The notes under the pieces were generated by a model. It searched no databases and was not told the origin of the DNA. It saw only the letters and a list, made by a program, of their open reading frames with translations. A stretch of DNA of 57,030 nucleotides from Candidatus Omnitrophota bacterium (lineage in GTDB: Bacteria > Omnitrophota > Gorgyraeia > Gygaellales > Profunditerraquicolaceae). Positions 1 to 13,653 of this stretch are shown piece by piece. The stretch spans positions 1 to 57,030 of the forward strand of contig JAHIKK010000023.1 of NCBI GenBank assembly GCA_018897555.1. Reading direction: 5' to 3'. Both the position numbers and the translations under genes were made by a program. Position 1 is the first letter of the stretch. The number at the start of each line of letters is the position of its first letter.

Positions 1-357
1 TAATACGAGCGCATTTACAAAAGCCGCAGCCCCGGGAATAAACGTCATCGCCAAATTGTTTTGTATCGCCAGGTTAATTAAATTATATCCGGGATCAAGA
101 ATCCCCGGAGTACCGGCATCGGAAACCAAAGCAATATCCTTGCCTGTTTTTAATAACTCCAGCAGATACTCCCCCTTGGTAAACCGGTTGTGCTGAAAAA
201 AGCTGGTAGTGGGAGTTTTAATCTCATAGTGCGCCAGTAAAATTTTAGTGTGCCGCGTATCTTCACAGGCAATTAAATCTACGTTTTTTAAAACTTCTAT
301 TGCCCTGTGCGTAAAATCTTTTAAATTGCCGATGGGCGTAGCAACGATATAAAGCAT
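1..357 (-). CDS. rsmI: 16S rRNA (cytidine1402-2'-O)-methyltransferase RsmI, N-terminal part (runs off window start)
   Basis: Hand translation MLYIVATPIGNLKDFTHRAIEVLKNVDLIACEDTRHT...ALVSDAGTPGILDPG; ATG overlaps the glmS stop (TAATG). Confidence 0.93.
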   Translation of the reverse strand, partial: MLYIVATPIGNLKDFTHRAIEVLKNVDLIACEDTRHTKILLAHYEIKTPTTSFFQHNRFTKGEYLLELLKTGKDIALVSDAGTPGILDPGYNLINLAIQNNLAMTFIPGAAAFVNALVL

Positions 358-2195
358 TATTCTACGGTTACGGACTTGGCTAAATTGCGCGGCTGATCCA
401 CATCGCAGCCGCGCTTGACCGCAATATGATAGGCCATCAACTGTAATGGTAGAACCACTAAAAGCGGAGAAAATATTTCCTCTATTTTGGGAATATAAAT
501 TACTTCCCGGGTTAATTCTTTAATCTCCCGGTCTCCTGCGGTAGCAATGGCAATAATTTTTCCTTTACGGGAACGAATCTCCTGAATATTAGAAACCATC
601 TTTTCATAAACCTTGGAGCTGGGTGTAATACAAACCACCGCTCGATATTCATCGATTAAAGCAATCGGCCCATGCTTCATCTCTCCGGCCGCATAACCTT
701 CAGCCGGAATATAGGAGATCTCTTTTAGTTTCAAGGCCCCTTCTAAAGCCGAAGGGTAATTTACGTTCCTGCCTAAATATAAAAACGACCCTAAGTGCGA
801 ATGCTTACGGGCTAATGCAGCAATGGGCTTCTGTTGCTTTAGGATCTGAGCCTGATACTCGGGAACTTTGCATAACTCCGTTAATAATTTATTAATCCTG
901 GCGCCGGATAAAACTCCTTTAATCCGGGCCAGATAAAAAGCAAATAAATACAGCGCCGTCAGTTGAGCGGTATAAGCTTTGGTCGAGGCAACTCCAATCT
1001 CCGGGCCGGCATGAATATAAATTATGCCGTCAGATTCACGCGTCAGTGTTGAACCTAAAACATTACATATAGAAATTACAGTACAGCCATGCCGTTTAGC
1101 CTCCCGGATACCGGCTAAAGTATCCGCTGTCTCCCCGGACTGGCTGATGGCAATTACCAGTGTCTCCGGGCCAATCAAAAGATCCCGGTACCTGAATTCA
1201 CTGGAAACATCGATTTGCGCGGGTACATGGCAAACTGATTCCAGCACATATTTGGCGACCATGCCGGCATGATAGGCTGTACCGCAAGCGACAATAAAAA
1301 TATTTTTTATATCCTTGAGCTTGCTTTCCGGAATATTCTGCTCTTGGAAAAATATCTTACCGGTTTTCTTCTCCAGGCGGGAATTAATTAAATTTTTCAG
1401 AATTCCGGGCTGTTCATTAATTTCTTTGAGCATAAAATGAGCAAACCCTGATTTTTCCGCTTGATCCACATCCCAATTAATATGCGTGGCTGCCTTAAAA
1501 ATAGCTTTTCCCCCGAGGCTGCTGATTTTAAAGTGGTCTTTTTCTAAAACGACAATTTCATTCTCGTCAAGAAAAACAATTTCTTTAGTAAAACCCAGGA
1601 CTGCCGGAACATCCGAAGCCAGAAAATTTTCCCCTTTGCCCACCCCGACAATTAAGGGGCTGCCTAAGCGCGCCCCCACTAATTTATTTGGCTCATTAAC
1701 TGAAATTACTCCAATCGCAAATGAACCTACTAAAAGCTTAAGCGCCAAAGCTACGGCTTTTTCCAGAGGAATGTTTTTATAAAATTTTTCAATTAAGTGG
1801 ACGATTACTTCCGTGTCCGTCTGGCTGCGGAAGATATGCCCTTCTTTAATCAATTGATTTTTAAGCGCTTCATGATTTTCAATAATTCCGTTGTGCACGA
1901 CAGCGATTTGCCCGGCACAATCATGATGCGGATGAGCGTTGGCCTGCGTAGGAGCTCCATGCGTTGCCCAGCGCGTGTGCGCAATGCCGGCCATCCCGCA
2001 GAGAGGCTTGCTTTTCACTAACTTTTCCAATACGCTTATTTTTCCGGGAGCTTTTCTTATTCCGATATTTTTTTTATGAGGCAGGATTAATGCTATACCG
2101 CTGGAATCATAGCCGCGGTATTCCAGGCGCTTTAAACCGGCTAAAAGTATAGGCTGTGCTTCTCTTGCACCGATATATCCAACTATTCCGCACAC
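357..2195 (-). CDS. glmS: Glutamine-fructose-6-phosphate aminotransferase
   Basis: N-terminal (M)CGIVG, HTRWATHG, two SIS domains, C-terminal QPRNLAKSVTVE. Confidence 0.98.
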   Translation of the reverse strand: MCGIVGYIGAREAQPILLAGLKRLEYRGYDSSGIALILPHKKNIGIRKAPGKISVLEKLVKSKPLCGMAGIAHTRWATHGAPTQANAHPHHDCAGQIAVVHNGIIENHEALKNQLIKEGHIFRSQTDTEVIVHLIEKFYKNIPLEKAVALALKLLVGSFAIGVISVNEPNKLVGARLGSPLIVGVGKGENFLASDVPAVLGFTKEIVFLDENEIVVLEKDHFKISSLGGKAIFKAATHINWDVDQAEKSGFAHFMLKEINEQPGILKNLINSRLEKKTGKIFFQEQNIPESKLKDIKNIFIVACGTAYHAGMVAKYVLESVCHVPAQIDVSSEFRYRDLLIGPETLVIAISQSGETADTLAGIREAKRHGCTVISICNVLGSTLTRESDGIIYIHAGPEIGVASTKAYTAQLTALYLFAFYLARIKGVLSGARINKLLTELCKVPEYQAQILKQQKPIAALARKHSHLGSFLYLGRNVNYPSALEGALKLKEISYIPAEGYAAGEMKHGPIALIDEYRAVVCITPSSKVYEKMVSNIQEIRSRKGKIIAIATAGDREIKELTREVIYIPKIEEIFSPLLVVLPLQLMAYHIAVKRGCDVDQPRNLAKSVTVE

Positions 2196-2213
2196 GTGAG
2201 CACCTTAAATTTA

Positions 2214-2317
2214 GTGACCCTGACGGGATTTTCCCGCCAATACTTTAAGTCAGGGCGGGATCCCGCCTGCCTACTTATCCGCAGGACGGGAAAAAGCTCT
2301 TGTCCTGGACCAGGCTA
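2214..2317 (-). pseudogene. tRNA-Glu 3' remnant with 20 internal nt replaced by a double-hairpin element
   Basis: 2292-2317 is identical to 2360-2385 of the intact tRNA; 2215-2231 matches its 3' end with 2 differences (CAGGGTCA vs TGGGGTCA); 2232-2291 is the hairpin element. Confidence 0.85.
2232..2291. repeat. Double-hairpin element TCCCGCC-N15-GGCGGGA-TCCCGCC-N16-GGACGGGA
   Basis: Read directly; same architecture at 2441, 2556, 2897 and 47149. Confidence 0.9.
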
Positions 2318-2322
2318 ATTAT

Positions 2323-2397
2323 TGACCCCAACGGGATTTGAACCCGTGTCGAGAGCTTGAAAAGCTCTTGTCCTGGACCAGGCTAGACGATGGGGTC
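2323..2397 (-). tRNA. tRNA-Glu (TTC)
   Basis: GACCCCATCGTCTAGCCTGGTCCAGGACAAGAGCTTTTCAAGCTCTCGACACGGGTTCAAATCCCGTTGGGGTCA folds as a full cloverleaf; CCA not encoded. Confidence 0.95.
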
Positions 2398-2615
2398 GAT
2401 TTTATTTCTACTAATCTTTTAAAAACACTATGACCAGGCTTCCCGCCCGAACTTTAAACAAGGGCGGGATCCCGCCTCTCCTCTAATAATCTGGCGGGAA
2501 GACGATGGGGTCGATTTTATTTCTACTAATCTTTTAAAAACACTATGACCAGGCTTCCCGCCCGAACTTTAAACAAGGGCGGGATCCCGCCTCTCCTCTA
2601 ATAATCTGGCGGGAA
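2386..2615. repeat. Two identical 115-bp tandem units (tRNA-Glu 5' fragment with double-hairpin insert plus a copy of the nuclease gene 3' end); degenerate partial third copy at 2616-2662
   Basis: 2386-2500 equals 2501-2615 base for base. Confidence 0.93.
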
Positions 2616-2873
2616 GACGATGGGGTCGATCTTTATTTCTAACAATCTTTTAAAAACACTATTGCCTTTAAAACTTTTTAATTTATTTTCTCGTTTACGA
2701 GCTGTGGTCTTATCAGTAAACTGTTCTTGATAAACTACAATGTATGGGCCCTTGTTTTTTGTAGCGATAACGCGATTTTGGTTATGTTGTTTTAATCTTA
2801 TCGCAAGATTGCTAGTACTGCCAATGTAATGCTTGCCATTTTGGTTCTTTAAAACATACACATAATATAACAT
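2598..2873 (-). CDS. Small stand-alone GIY-YIG nuclease (UPF0213/YhbQ-like size)
   Basis: YYVYVL...HYIG motifs, R in LAIRLKQHN, E in ARKRENKLK; 91 aa. Confidence 0.9.
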   Translation of the reverse strand: MLYYVYVLKNQNGKHYIGSTSNLAIRLKQHNQNRVIATKNKGPYIVVYQEQFTDKTTARKRENKLKSFKGNSVFKRLLEIKIDPIVFPPDY

Positions 2874-2888
2874 AATCGCTATCTTACA

Positions 2889-2967
2889 ACCAGGCTTCCC
2901 GCCCTAGCTTTAATTCAAGGCGGGATCCCGCCCACACTAAAATACCCGGCGGGAAGACGACAGGGCC
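2889..2967 (-). pseudogene. tRNA-Glu 5' remnant (GGCCCTGTCGTCT / AGCCTGGT) interrupted by a 58-bp double-hairpin element at 2897-2954
   Basis: Removing 2897-2954 restores GGCCCTGTCGTCTAGCCTGGT; GGCCCTG pairs with CAGGGTC of the 2214-2317 remnant. Confidence 0.85.
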
Positions 2968-2974
2968 TAGAGTC

Positions 2975-5900
2975 TTATTCTTCCTCCTCCGCGATTACCG
3001 GAGCAACACAGGAAACTCGATCTTTATCCTGCAATTTAATTAAACGTACCCCTTGCGATGAACGCCCGGTTTCCCGGATATCTTTAATCGCACAGCGCAA
3101 AAATATGCCGTTTTGAGTAATGACCATCAGCTCATCTTTATCATTTACGGTTTTTAGATTTACTGCCTGGCCGTTTTTATCGGTAACCTTAATATTGATT
3201 ACCCCTTTACCGCCGCGGCTGGTGAGCCGGTATTCATCGATAGTCGTGCGCTTTGCAAAACCCAGCTCGGTTACGGTCAGAATAGTAGAAACTTTTTGCG
3301 GAACCACCATATCAATAACTTCATCTTTTTTGGCCAAAGATATTGCGCGCACCCCGCGCGCACCCCTGCCCATTTGGCGTACTTTTTCTTCAGTAAATCT
3401 TATCGCCTTACCTTGTCGGGTTCCAATAAGCAGCTCTTGTTTTCCATCAGTCATCTCTACGCCAATTAATGCATCATCCTTATCCAGAGTAATACCGATA
3501 ATTCCACCCTTGCGGGGATTACTGTAGGCATCCAGCCTGGTTTTTTTAATTTGCCCCATCTTAGTAACCATCACCAAATACTTATCCGCGGAAAATTCTT
3601 TTACCGGAATGGTTGAACTAACCTTGGCTGACTGCTCCATCTGCACCAGATTAACAATGGCTTTACCTTTAGATATGCGGCTGGCCTGAGGAATTTCATA
3701 AACTTTTAGCCAATGCACCTGCCCTTTATCCGTAAAAATAAGCAGGTAATCTTTAGTAGAGGCCACAAAAAGATGCTCGCTAAAATCTGCTTCTTTTAAT
3801 TCCGCCCCCATCGACCCGCTTCCTCCGCGCTTTTGTTTACGATAAGAACTTACCGGCAAACGTTTAATATAACCACCATGGCTGATAGTGACCACTACAT
3901 CCTCGTCGGCAATTAAATCTTCCACTTCCAGCTCTTCCGCTTCTCCCACGATATCCGTGCGGCGGGAATCCCCGTATTTTTTCATTAACTCCTGCAGCTC
4001 TTCCTTAATAATTGCTTCGATTTTTTTAAGTGAAGCTAAGATCGCCTGGCATAATTCAATCTTCTTGAGCAACTCCGCGTATTCGGCATCTAGTTTATCG
4101 CGCTCCAAAGCCGTAAGCCGCTGCAACTGCATTTCCAAAATAGCCTGCGACTGTAATTCGGAAAGTTCAAACTCCTTCATTAAATTTAGCTTGGCTGCTT
4201 CCACGCTTTTAGAAGTTTTAATGACCTGAATAATCCGGTCAATAAATTTAAGCGCAATTTTTAAGCCTTCCAAAATATGCGCGCGCTTCAAAGCTTTATC
4301 TAATTCAAACTGCGTGCGCCGGCGGATAACTACCCGGCGATGTTCGATAAAACAATCCAATACCTGCCGTAAATTCAAAACTTTTGGCCGGTTATCCACC
4401 AGAGCCAGCATAATAATCCCGAAAGTATTTTCTAATTGCGTGTGCTTAAAAAGCTGATTTAAAACAATCTGAGATTCAATGTCGCGCTTAAGCTCAACCA
4501 CAATACGCATACCTTCTTTATCGGATTCGTCGCGAATATCGGATATGCCTTCGATTTTTTTATCATCGACTAAACCGGCAATGGCCTCAATCAGCCCGGA
4601 CTTCTGCACCTGATAAGGAATCTCGGTAAAAATAATCAGGTCTTTCCCATTCTTCTGGTGCTCCACCGTAGCCTTAGCCCGCACCAAGAGCTTGCCCCGG
4701 CCGGTCAGATACGCATCCTTAATTCCGTTCTTACCGCAAATTAATCCACCGGTGGGAAAATCCGGCCCCTTGATATACCGCATCAGGTCTTTAATTTCTG
4801 CCTCGGGATGATCCAGCAAATACATAATTGCTTCACAAACTTCATTTAAATTATGCGGCGGGATATTGGTGGCCATGCCTACAGCAATACCGCTTGAACC
4901 ATTAACCAAAAGGTTAGGCAGAGTCGCCGGTAAAAGCAACGGCTCTTTTAAAGAAGAATCAAAGTTCGGCCCAAAGTTTACGGTTTCTTTTTCAATATCA
5001 CCTAACATTTCATCACTCACCGCGGCCAGACGAGCCTCGGTATAACGCATGGCTGCGGCGGCGTCACCATCGACGGAATTATGAACAAAAATTCCGCTAG
5101 CTAAAGCGAAATTATGCGTGCCATCAATACTCAAGTCATATACATCTTCTTGTTGGTTTAAAATTTCAACCTTTAGGACTTTATGGTTATAACTTAACTC
5201 TTTATACAGCAAGTCTTCCTGCTTATTATAATATTTTACAAATCCCGTATTCCAGGAAGTTGCTGATCCATAAGGATACGCCTCTTTTCGCGTGCTCTCA
5301 TATAATTCTTCATTTAAATGATGATAATTACTTAAAGTTTCATGGCAAATCTTAACAAACTTTATTTTACCGGTATTATTAGTAATCCTGTTTTTATTAG
5401 CTTTGATTATTTTTTCATTAAAAAGCCTTCTATACTGCGGATCCTGCCATAATCTTTTTAGGGTTCTTGTCGCTCTCTGGCTAAACTCTATTCTTTTTTC
5501 CGGATGATTTTTTATATACTCTTTATTAGTATCACTTAAAAACTGGCGCATTTTCTCCCGATAAAGAGGATCCTGCCAATTCCGGACATTTCTAGCTGAA
5601 AGCCTTGCTGAATATTTTGCTTTATTTTCGGCATTACTCCAAAATTTATCTCTACCTTCTGCTATTTTTTCCCTATATTCTTGGTTTTGGTGCAAAAGTG
5701 AGGCATTTTCATAATGTACCCGCCAATGTTCTCTCCACTCCATTCTTTTAATATTATCCGGATGATTATTAAGCTTATTAAAGTCGATATGGTGCCTTAC
5801 TCTTCCGTCAGATTTTGAATATTTTCCTCGGGTTAAATTATAATTATCGGCCAAATGATGAGCCGGAACCCATTCATTTTTTGCGTTTTGATAAATTAAA

Positions 5901-6580
5901 CAGTACCCATCCCTGTTTAACCTGCCGGTTTTTTCTGATAATTTTTCATACAATGGCATCAAAGATTCACCCGTAGTTAAATCTTTGGCCTCTTTGTAAG
6001 CACCATCTCTTAACATAAACCTGTGATTGGGAGTACATCTAATTTCCGCTCCATTATCCAAAATAACTTTTATAATCTCGGCGTTTCTTGTTGTTAATCT
6101 TGGATTTTTAATCTCCGCGATTGAAATCAGCCCAGAATGATTTATGGTATAAGTATAATTTACCCTTCCTTGCCCTGCCTCTTTTATTAAATCTCCAAAA
6201 TCAAGGTTTCTTCCATCTACAAGCTTAACTTTTGTATCCTTGGTGAAACAACCAAAATTCCCCTGCCCGTCAACTAAGGGGTAGCGCAAAGAAAAATCCT
6301 GCGCCATTCTTACCAGAGTATCATAAATAGCAACATCACCATGGGGGTGATATTTACCCATGGTTTCGCCGACGATGCGGGCGCATTTTTTATAGGGCTT
6401 GGAATGTTCCAGGTTAAGTTCCCGCATGGCGTAAAGAATCCGCCGGTGCACGGGCTTTAAGCCATCGCGAACATCCGGCAGGGCCCGGCCGACAATTACG
6501 CTCATGGCGTAATTTAGATAGGAATCCTTAACTTCATCCTCGATATAAACCTGAATTATTTTTTCGTTACGTGTATACAT
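2975..6580 (-). CDS. gyrA: DNA gyrase subunit A precursor containing an intein (mature about 810 aa)
   Basis: [29 protein letters not shown], GyrA box QKRGGSG, C-terminal propeller repeats. Confidence 0.98.
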   Translation of the reverse strand: MYTRNEKIIQVYIEDEVKDSYLNYAMSVIVGRALPDVRDGLKPVHRRILYAMRELNLEHSKPYKKCARIVGETMGKYHPHGDVAIYDTLVRMAQDFSLRYPLVDGQGNFGCFTKDTKVKLVDGRNLDFGDLIKEAGQGRVNYTYTINHSGLISIAEIKNPRLTTRNAEIIKVILDNGAEIRCTPNHRFMLRDGAYKEAKDLTTGESLMPLYEKLSEKTGRLNRDGYCLIYQNAKNEWVPAHHLADNYNLTRGKYSKSDGRVRHHIDFNKLNNHPDNIKRMEWREHWRVHYENASLLHQNQEYREKIAEGRDKFWSNAENKAKYSARLSARNVRNWQDPLYREKMRQFLSDTNKEYIKNHPEKRIEFSQRATRTLKRLWQDPQYRRLFNEKIIKANKNRITNNTGKIKFVKICHETLSNYHHLNEELYESTRKEAYPYGSATSWNTGFVKYYNKQEDLLYKELSYNHKVLKVEILNQQEDVYDLSIDGTHNFALASGIFVHNSVDGDAAAAMRYTEARLAAVSDEMLGDIEKETVNFGPNFDSSLKEPLLLPATLPNLLVNGSSGIAVGMATNIPPHNLNEVCEAIMYLLDHPEAEIKDLMRYIKGPDFPTGGLICGKNGIKDAYLTGRGKLLVRAKATVEHQKNGKDLIIFTEIPYQVQKSGLIEAIAGLVDDKKIEGISDIRDESDKEGMRIVVELKRDIESQIVLNQLFKHTQLENTFGIIMLALVDNRPKVLNLRQVLDCFIEHRRVVIRRRTQFELDKALKRAHILEGLKIALKFIDRIIQVIKTSKSVEAAKLNLMKEFELSELQSQAILEMQLQRLTALERDKLDAEYAELLKKIELCQAILASLKKIEAIIKEELQELMKKYGDSRRTDIVGEAEELEVEDLIADEDVVVTISHGGYIKRLPVSSYRKQKRGGSGSMGAELKEADFSEHLFVASTKDYLLIFTDKGQVHWLKVYEIPQASRISKGKAIVNLVQMEQSAKVSSTIPVKEFSADKYLVMVTKMGQIKKTRLDAYSNPRKGGIIGITLDKDDALIGVEMTDGKQELLIGTRQGKAIRFTEEKVRQMGRGARGVRAISLAKKDEVIDMVVPQKVSTILTVTELGFAKRTTIDEYRLTSRGGKGVINIKVTDKNGQAVNLKTVNDKDELMVITQNGIFLRCAIKDIRETGRSSQGVRLIKLQDKDRVSCVAPVIAEEEE
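5078..6250 (-). mobile_element. GyrA intein, 391 aa, with HNH-type endonuclease region
   Basis: GNFG|CFTKDT start, block B CTPNHRF, end [13 protein letters not shown]|SVDG; [16 protein letters not shown] motif. Confidence 0.96.
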
Positions 6581-6593
6581 TATTATTTATGTT

Positions 6594-6663
6594 TAGAAAA
6601 CAGAATTCCGAAGTCAGATATCGGATGATAGATTTTCTGTTCTCTGCCCTCTGTTTTCTGGAT
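6594..6663. repeat. Convergent degenerate heptamer arrays between gyrB and gyrA
   Basis: TAGAAAA CAGAATT CCGAAGT CAGATAT CGGATGA TAGATTT followed by TCTGTTC TCTGCCC TCTGTTT TCTGGAT. Confidence 0.7.
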
Positions 6664-6665
6664 TT

Positions 6666-10648
<3,983 letters not shown>

Positions 10649-10652
10649 GTTC

Positions 10653-11744
10653 TTAATTAAGGCGCATCGGTAAAACTATGTAAACATAACCGCTAATACG
10701 GATAACCCCGGGTTTCTCCCCATCGGTCAACTCTAAATTAATTGTTTCTTCATTCAGGTTTTTTAAAATATCAATTAAATAAACAGGGTTAAACCCCACC
10801 ACCAGTTCTCTGCCCTGGTATTCTACCGCTAATTCTTCATGAAACTCCCCCACATCCGGCGTAGATTTAGAAATTACCAATTTATTCTTAAAAACCTCCA
10901 ATTTCACCGCTTGGTAATCCGGCGTAGCCAGGAGCGCTGCTCTTTTTACCGCTAATAAAAACTGACTGCGCACTATCTTCACTTTATTTTCTGAAGGCGC
11001 GGGGACAACTTGTTTATAATCCGGAAACTCTCCTTCAATTAAACGCGAAACAATCCCCACGTTACCCAGGTCAAAAAGCGCCTGATTACTGCTCACCACC
11101 AACGACAGCTCCCCCTCGTCTTTAAGGTTACGATTCAATTCTTGAATTGTTTTTAGCGGCACAATCATACTTACATCTACATCTGATTCTATAGTTAATT
11201 GCCTCTCTGTTATCGCTAATCTTTTACCATCAGTAGATACTAAAGTTAACAGGTTTTTATTAATTTTAAAAAGGATGCCGTTTAAAACATAGCGTGTTTC
11301 ATCCAAAGATACCGCAAAAGCAGTTAAAGATAACAATTGTTTTAAAACCCCCTGTTCGATCTTGATCACTTTTTTATCTACAAACTCGGGTAACTTAGGA
11401 AACTCTTCTTTCATTAACCCCATAATTTTAAATTGGCACATATCTGAATCAATAGTTACCTGGTTATTTTTCCTAGTAGTAATACTAATAACCTCTAAAG
11501 GAAATTCTTTAATAATATCACTAAATCTTTTAGCGGGAAGAGTAATAGCTCCTGCCTCTTGGATATCCACAGGAATTACACAAGTTATCCCAATATCTAA
11601 ATCTGTAGCGGTTAACTTTAAAGTATTTGTTTGAGCTTCAATTAAGATATTAGAAAGAATAGGTAAGGCGGATTTTGTAGTAATGACATTTTGTACGGTT
11701 TGAATGGCGCTAATTAAATTAACCTTTTCTACTTTAAACTTCAT
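10653..11744 (-). CDS. dnaN: DNA polymerase III beta clamp
   Basis: ATDLDIGI, TDGKRL, FPDY, C-terminal LPMR; start moved to ATG 11744, which has an AAGGAG RBS. Confidence 0.97.
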   Translation of the reverse strand: MKFKVEKVNLISAIQTVQNVITTKSALPILSNILIEAQTNTLKLTATDLDIGITCVIPVDIQEAGAITLPAKRFSDIIKEFPLEVISITTRKNNQVTIDSDMCQFKIMGLMKEEFPKLPEFVDKKVIKIEQGVLKQLLSLTAFAVSLDETRYVLNGILFKINKNLLTLVSTDGKRLAITERQLTIESDVDVSMIVPLKTIQELNRNLKDEGELSLVVSSNQALFDLGNVGIVSRLIEGEFPDYKQVVPAPSENKVKIVRSQFLLAVKRAALLATPDYQAVKLEVFKNKLVISKSTPDVGEFHEELAVEYQGRELVVGFNPVYLIDILKNLNEETINLELTDGEKPGVIRISGYVYIVLPMRLN

Positions 11745-11771
11745 TTTAATTTTCTCCTTATGTAGCAACAT

Positions 11772-11934
11772 AACATCGGCGTAATCCCATTTAACGCCGG
11801 GTGTCTATTATTTATATATATTTAAAAACTTAAAACAGTAGTCATCATAGTGTGGGGTTGTTTTTGTGTATAAGCATGTAACCTATTAGATTTAAAAAAG
11901 TTGCAACAAAAAACATTCAAGGATAACCTGGGTA
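11772..11934. promoter_or_regulatory. oriC part: dnaA-dnaN intergenic with DnaA box and AT-rich tract
   Basis: TGTGTATAA at 11865-11873; AT-rich run about 11806-11835. Confidence 0.65.
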
Positions 11935-13284
11935 TCATTGTTTAATAACTTTAATAACTTTTTCCACCCGTTCTTTTAATTCCGGATTATTACAAATACT
12001 TTCCTTAATTTTTTTATAAGAGTGTAAAACCGTGGTATGGTCTTTACCGTTAAAAAGTTCCCCAATTTCAGGCAATGACAATTCTGTTAATTCCCTGCTT
12101 AAATACATGGCAATCTGCCGCGGGAACACCACTTGTTTATTGCGCCGTTTAGTTTTTAGATCTTGCAAGGAAATTCCAAACTCTTCGACTACGCAGCGCT
12201 GAATAAAATCTACTGTGATTAGTTTAGTCGGTTCCTTCACCAGGTCTTTGAGTACTTCTTTAGTAAGTTGTAATGTAACCGGGGCCTCTTCCAGTAAAGA
12301 ATAGGCGATCGTCCGGATTAAAGCCCCTTCTAATTCGCGGATATTTGTTTTAATTGATTGCGCAATAAAAAAAATTACCTCATCAGGAACATTAACCGGT
12401 TCGCGCTCAATTTTTTTCTTGAGAATAGCCACCCGGGTTTCCAGATCCGGAGGTTGAATGTCCGTGGCTAATCCCCAACCAAACCGCGAAACCAATCTTT
12501 CTTGTAAATTAGTAATTTCTTTAGGCGGCCGGTCTGAAGAAAATACAATCTGTTTATGAGCGTCATACAGGGTGTTAAAAGTGTGGAAAAATTCTTCCTG
12601 AGTGGATTCTTTACCGGCGATAAAATGGATATCATCAATGACTAAAACATCAAGATTGCGGTATTTTTGGCGAAAAGCCGAAGTGGAACGATGCACAATA
12701 GCATCAATCAGTTCGTTAGTAAATTTCTCGCTGGAAACATAACATATTTTTACTCCCGGGGAGGAGCAGTTTTTAATTTGGTGGCAAATAGCCTGGATAA
12801 GATGTGTTTTACCTAAACCCACCCCACCGTAAATAAATAGGGGGTTATAGGTTTTAGCCGGGGCATTCGCTACTGCCAGTGAATAAGCATGAGCATGCCG
12901 GTTTGCCCCGCCTACCACAAAGTTTTCAAATGTATAACGCGAGTTAAGATTAATGAAACCCGCCCCGGGTAAGCTTTTGATACTGGCTTCAGGCGGAGTA
13001 TTGAGGATAGCGGGATTCCCCGGAGTACTATTGACAACCAATTTTACCAACAGTTTATCCAAACCTTTAAGCTTTAAGGTTTCCTGGATAATTCCTAAGT
13101 AGTGTTTTTCTACCCAGTCTTTAAAAAATTGATCTGGCGCCTCCAGATCTATACTCTGGTTATCTCGAGCAGAGAACTTAAGCGGTACTATCCAGGTAGC
13201 GTAGGTAGTTTCTCCAAGTTTAATCTTTAAATCACTTAGCGCTGCTTCCCAGTTTTTGGCCAACTCCAGCATTGTCACTCCCAA
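11935..13284 (-). CDS. dnaA: Chromosomal replication initiator
   Basis: YNPLFIYGGVGLGKTHL, DDIHF, TNIRELEG, KDHTTV; start may be ATG 13272. Confidence 0.98.
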   Translation of the reverse strand: MGVTMLELAKNWEAALSDLKIKLGETTYATWIVPLKFSARDNQSIDLEAPDQFFKDWVEKHYLGIIQETLKLKGLDKLLVKLVVNSTPGNPAILNTPPEASIKSLPGAGFINLNSRYTFENFVVGGANRHAHAYSLAVANAPAKTYNPLFIYGGVGLGKTHLIQAICHQIKNCSSPGVKICYVSSEKFTNELIDAIVHRSTSAFRQKYRNLDVLVIDDIHFIAGKESTQEEFFHTFNTLYDAHKQIVFSSDRPPKEITNLQERLVSRFGWGLATDIQPPDLETRVAILKKKIEREPVNVPDEVIFFIAQSIKTNIRELEGALIRTIAYSLLEEAPVTLQLTKEVLKDLVKEPTKLITVDFIQRCVVEEFGISLQDLKTKRRNKQVVFPRQIAMYLSRELTELSLPEIGELFNGKDHTTVLHSYKKIKESICNNPELKERVEKVIKVIKQ

Positions 13285-13650
13285 AATTAAATAATCAATC
13301 CTCCAACAACCCCCTCTTATCTTGACGGAGTTTGTTCTATGAGCAGTATATAAATAGACAAAATTGAGTCGGGGATATACCGTGAATCACAGAATTAACA
13401 GTTTATGCACAGCTTGTATAAATCTGTGGATAAAACTCCGAACAGGATTTCCCCAAAAATAATTATTATAACCAAGACAAAAACCTTACCCGCCTTGTTA
13501 GTTACGTCCCTCTAGAATATCATAAGCTATCTAACCGGGCAAGTAAAAAAGATAAACGTCAGTTATTATGCGATAATATTCACAGGCCAACCCGGATAGA
13601 AACAATTAAACCAAAGCAGTATAGCACAGTTTCCCATGAGGTCAATAAAA
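13285..13650. promoter_or_regulatory. oriC part: DnaA-box cluster upstream of dnaA
   Basis: TGTGGATAA 13425-13433, TTATGCACA 13403-13411, ATATTCACA 13576-13584; gene orientation switches here. Confidence 0.75.
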
Positions 13651-13653
13651 AAC

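Noticed and set aside
2386-2615. CRISPR array
   Set aside because: Units are identical 115-mers or 14-bp palindromes with 15-16 nt loops; no cas genes; spacing does not fit CRISPR
2214-2967. Group I intron or spliced split tRNA
   Set aside because: No P/Q/R/S core visible, both halves are themselves interrupted, and an intact tRNA-Glu is present
11838-11853. DnaA-trio element
   Set aside because: TAG/CAT triplets are present but not in a regular 3-nt register
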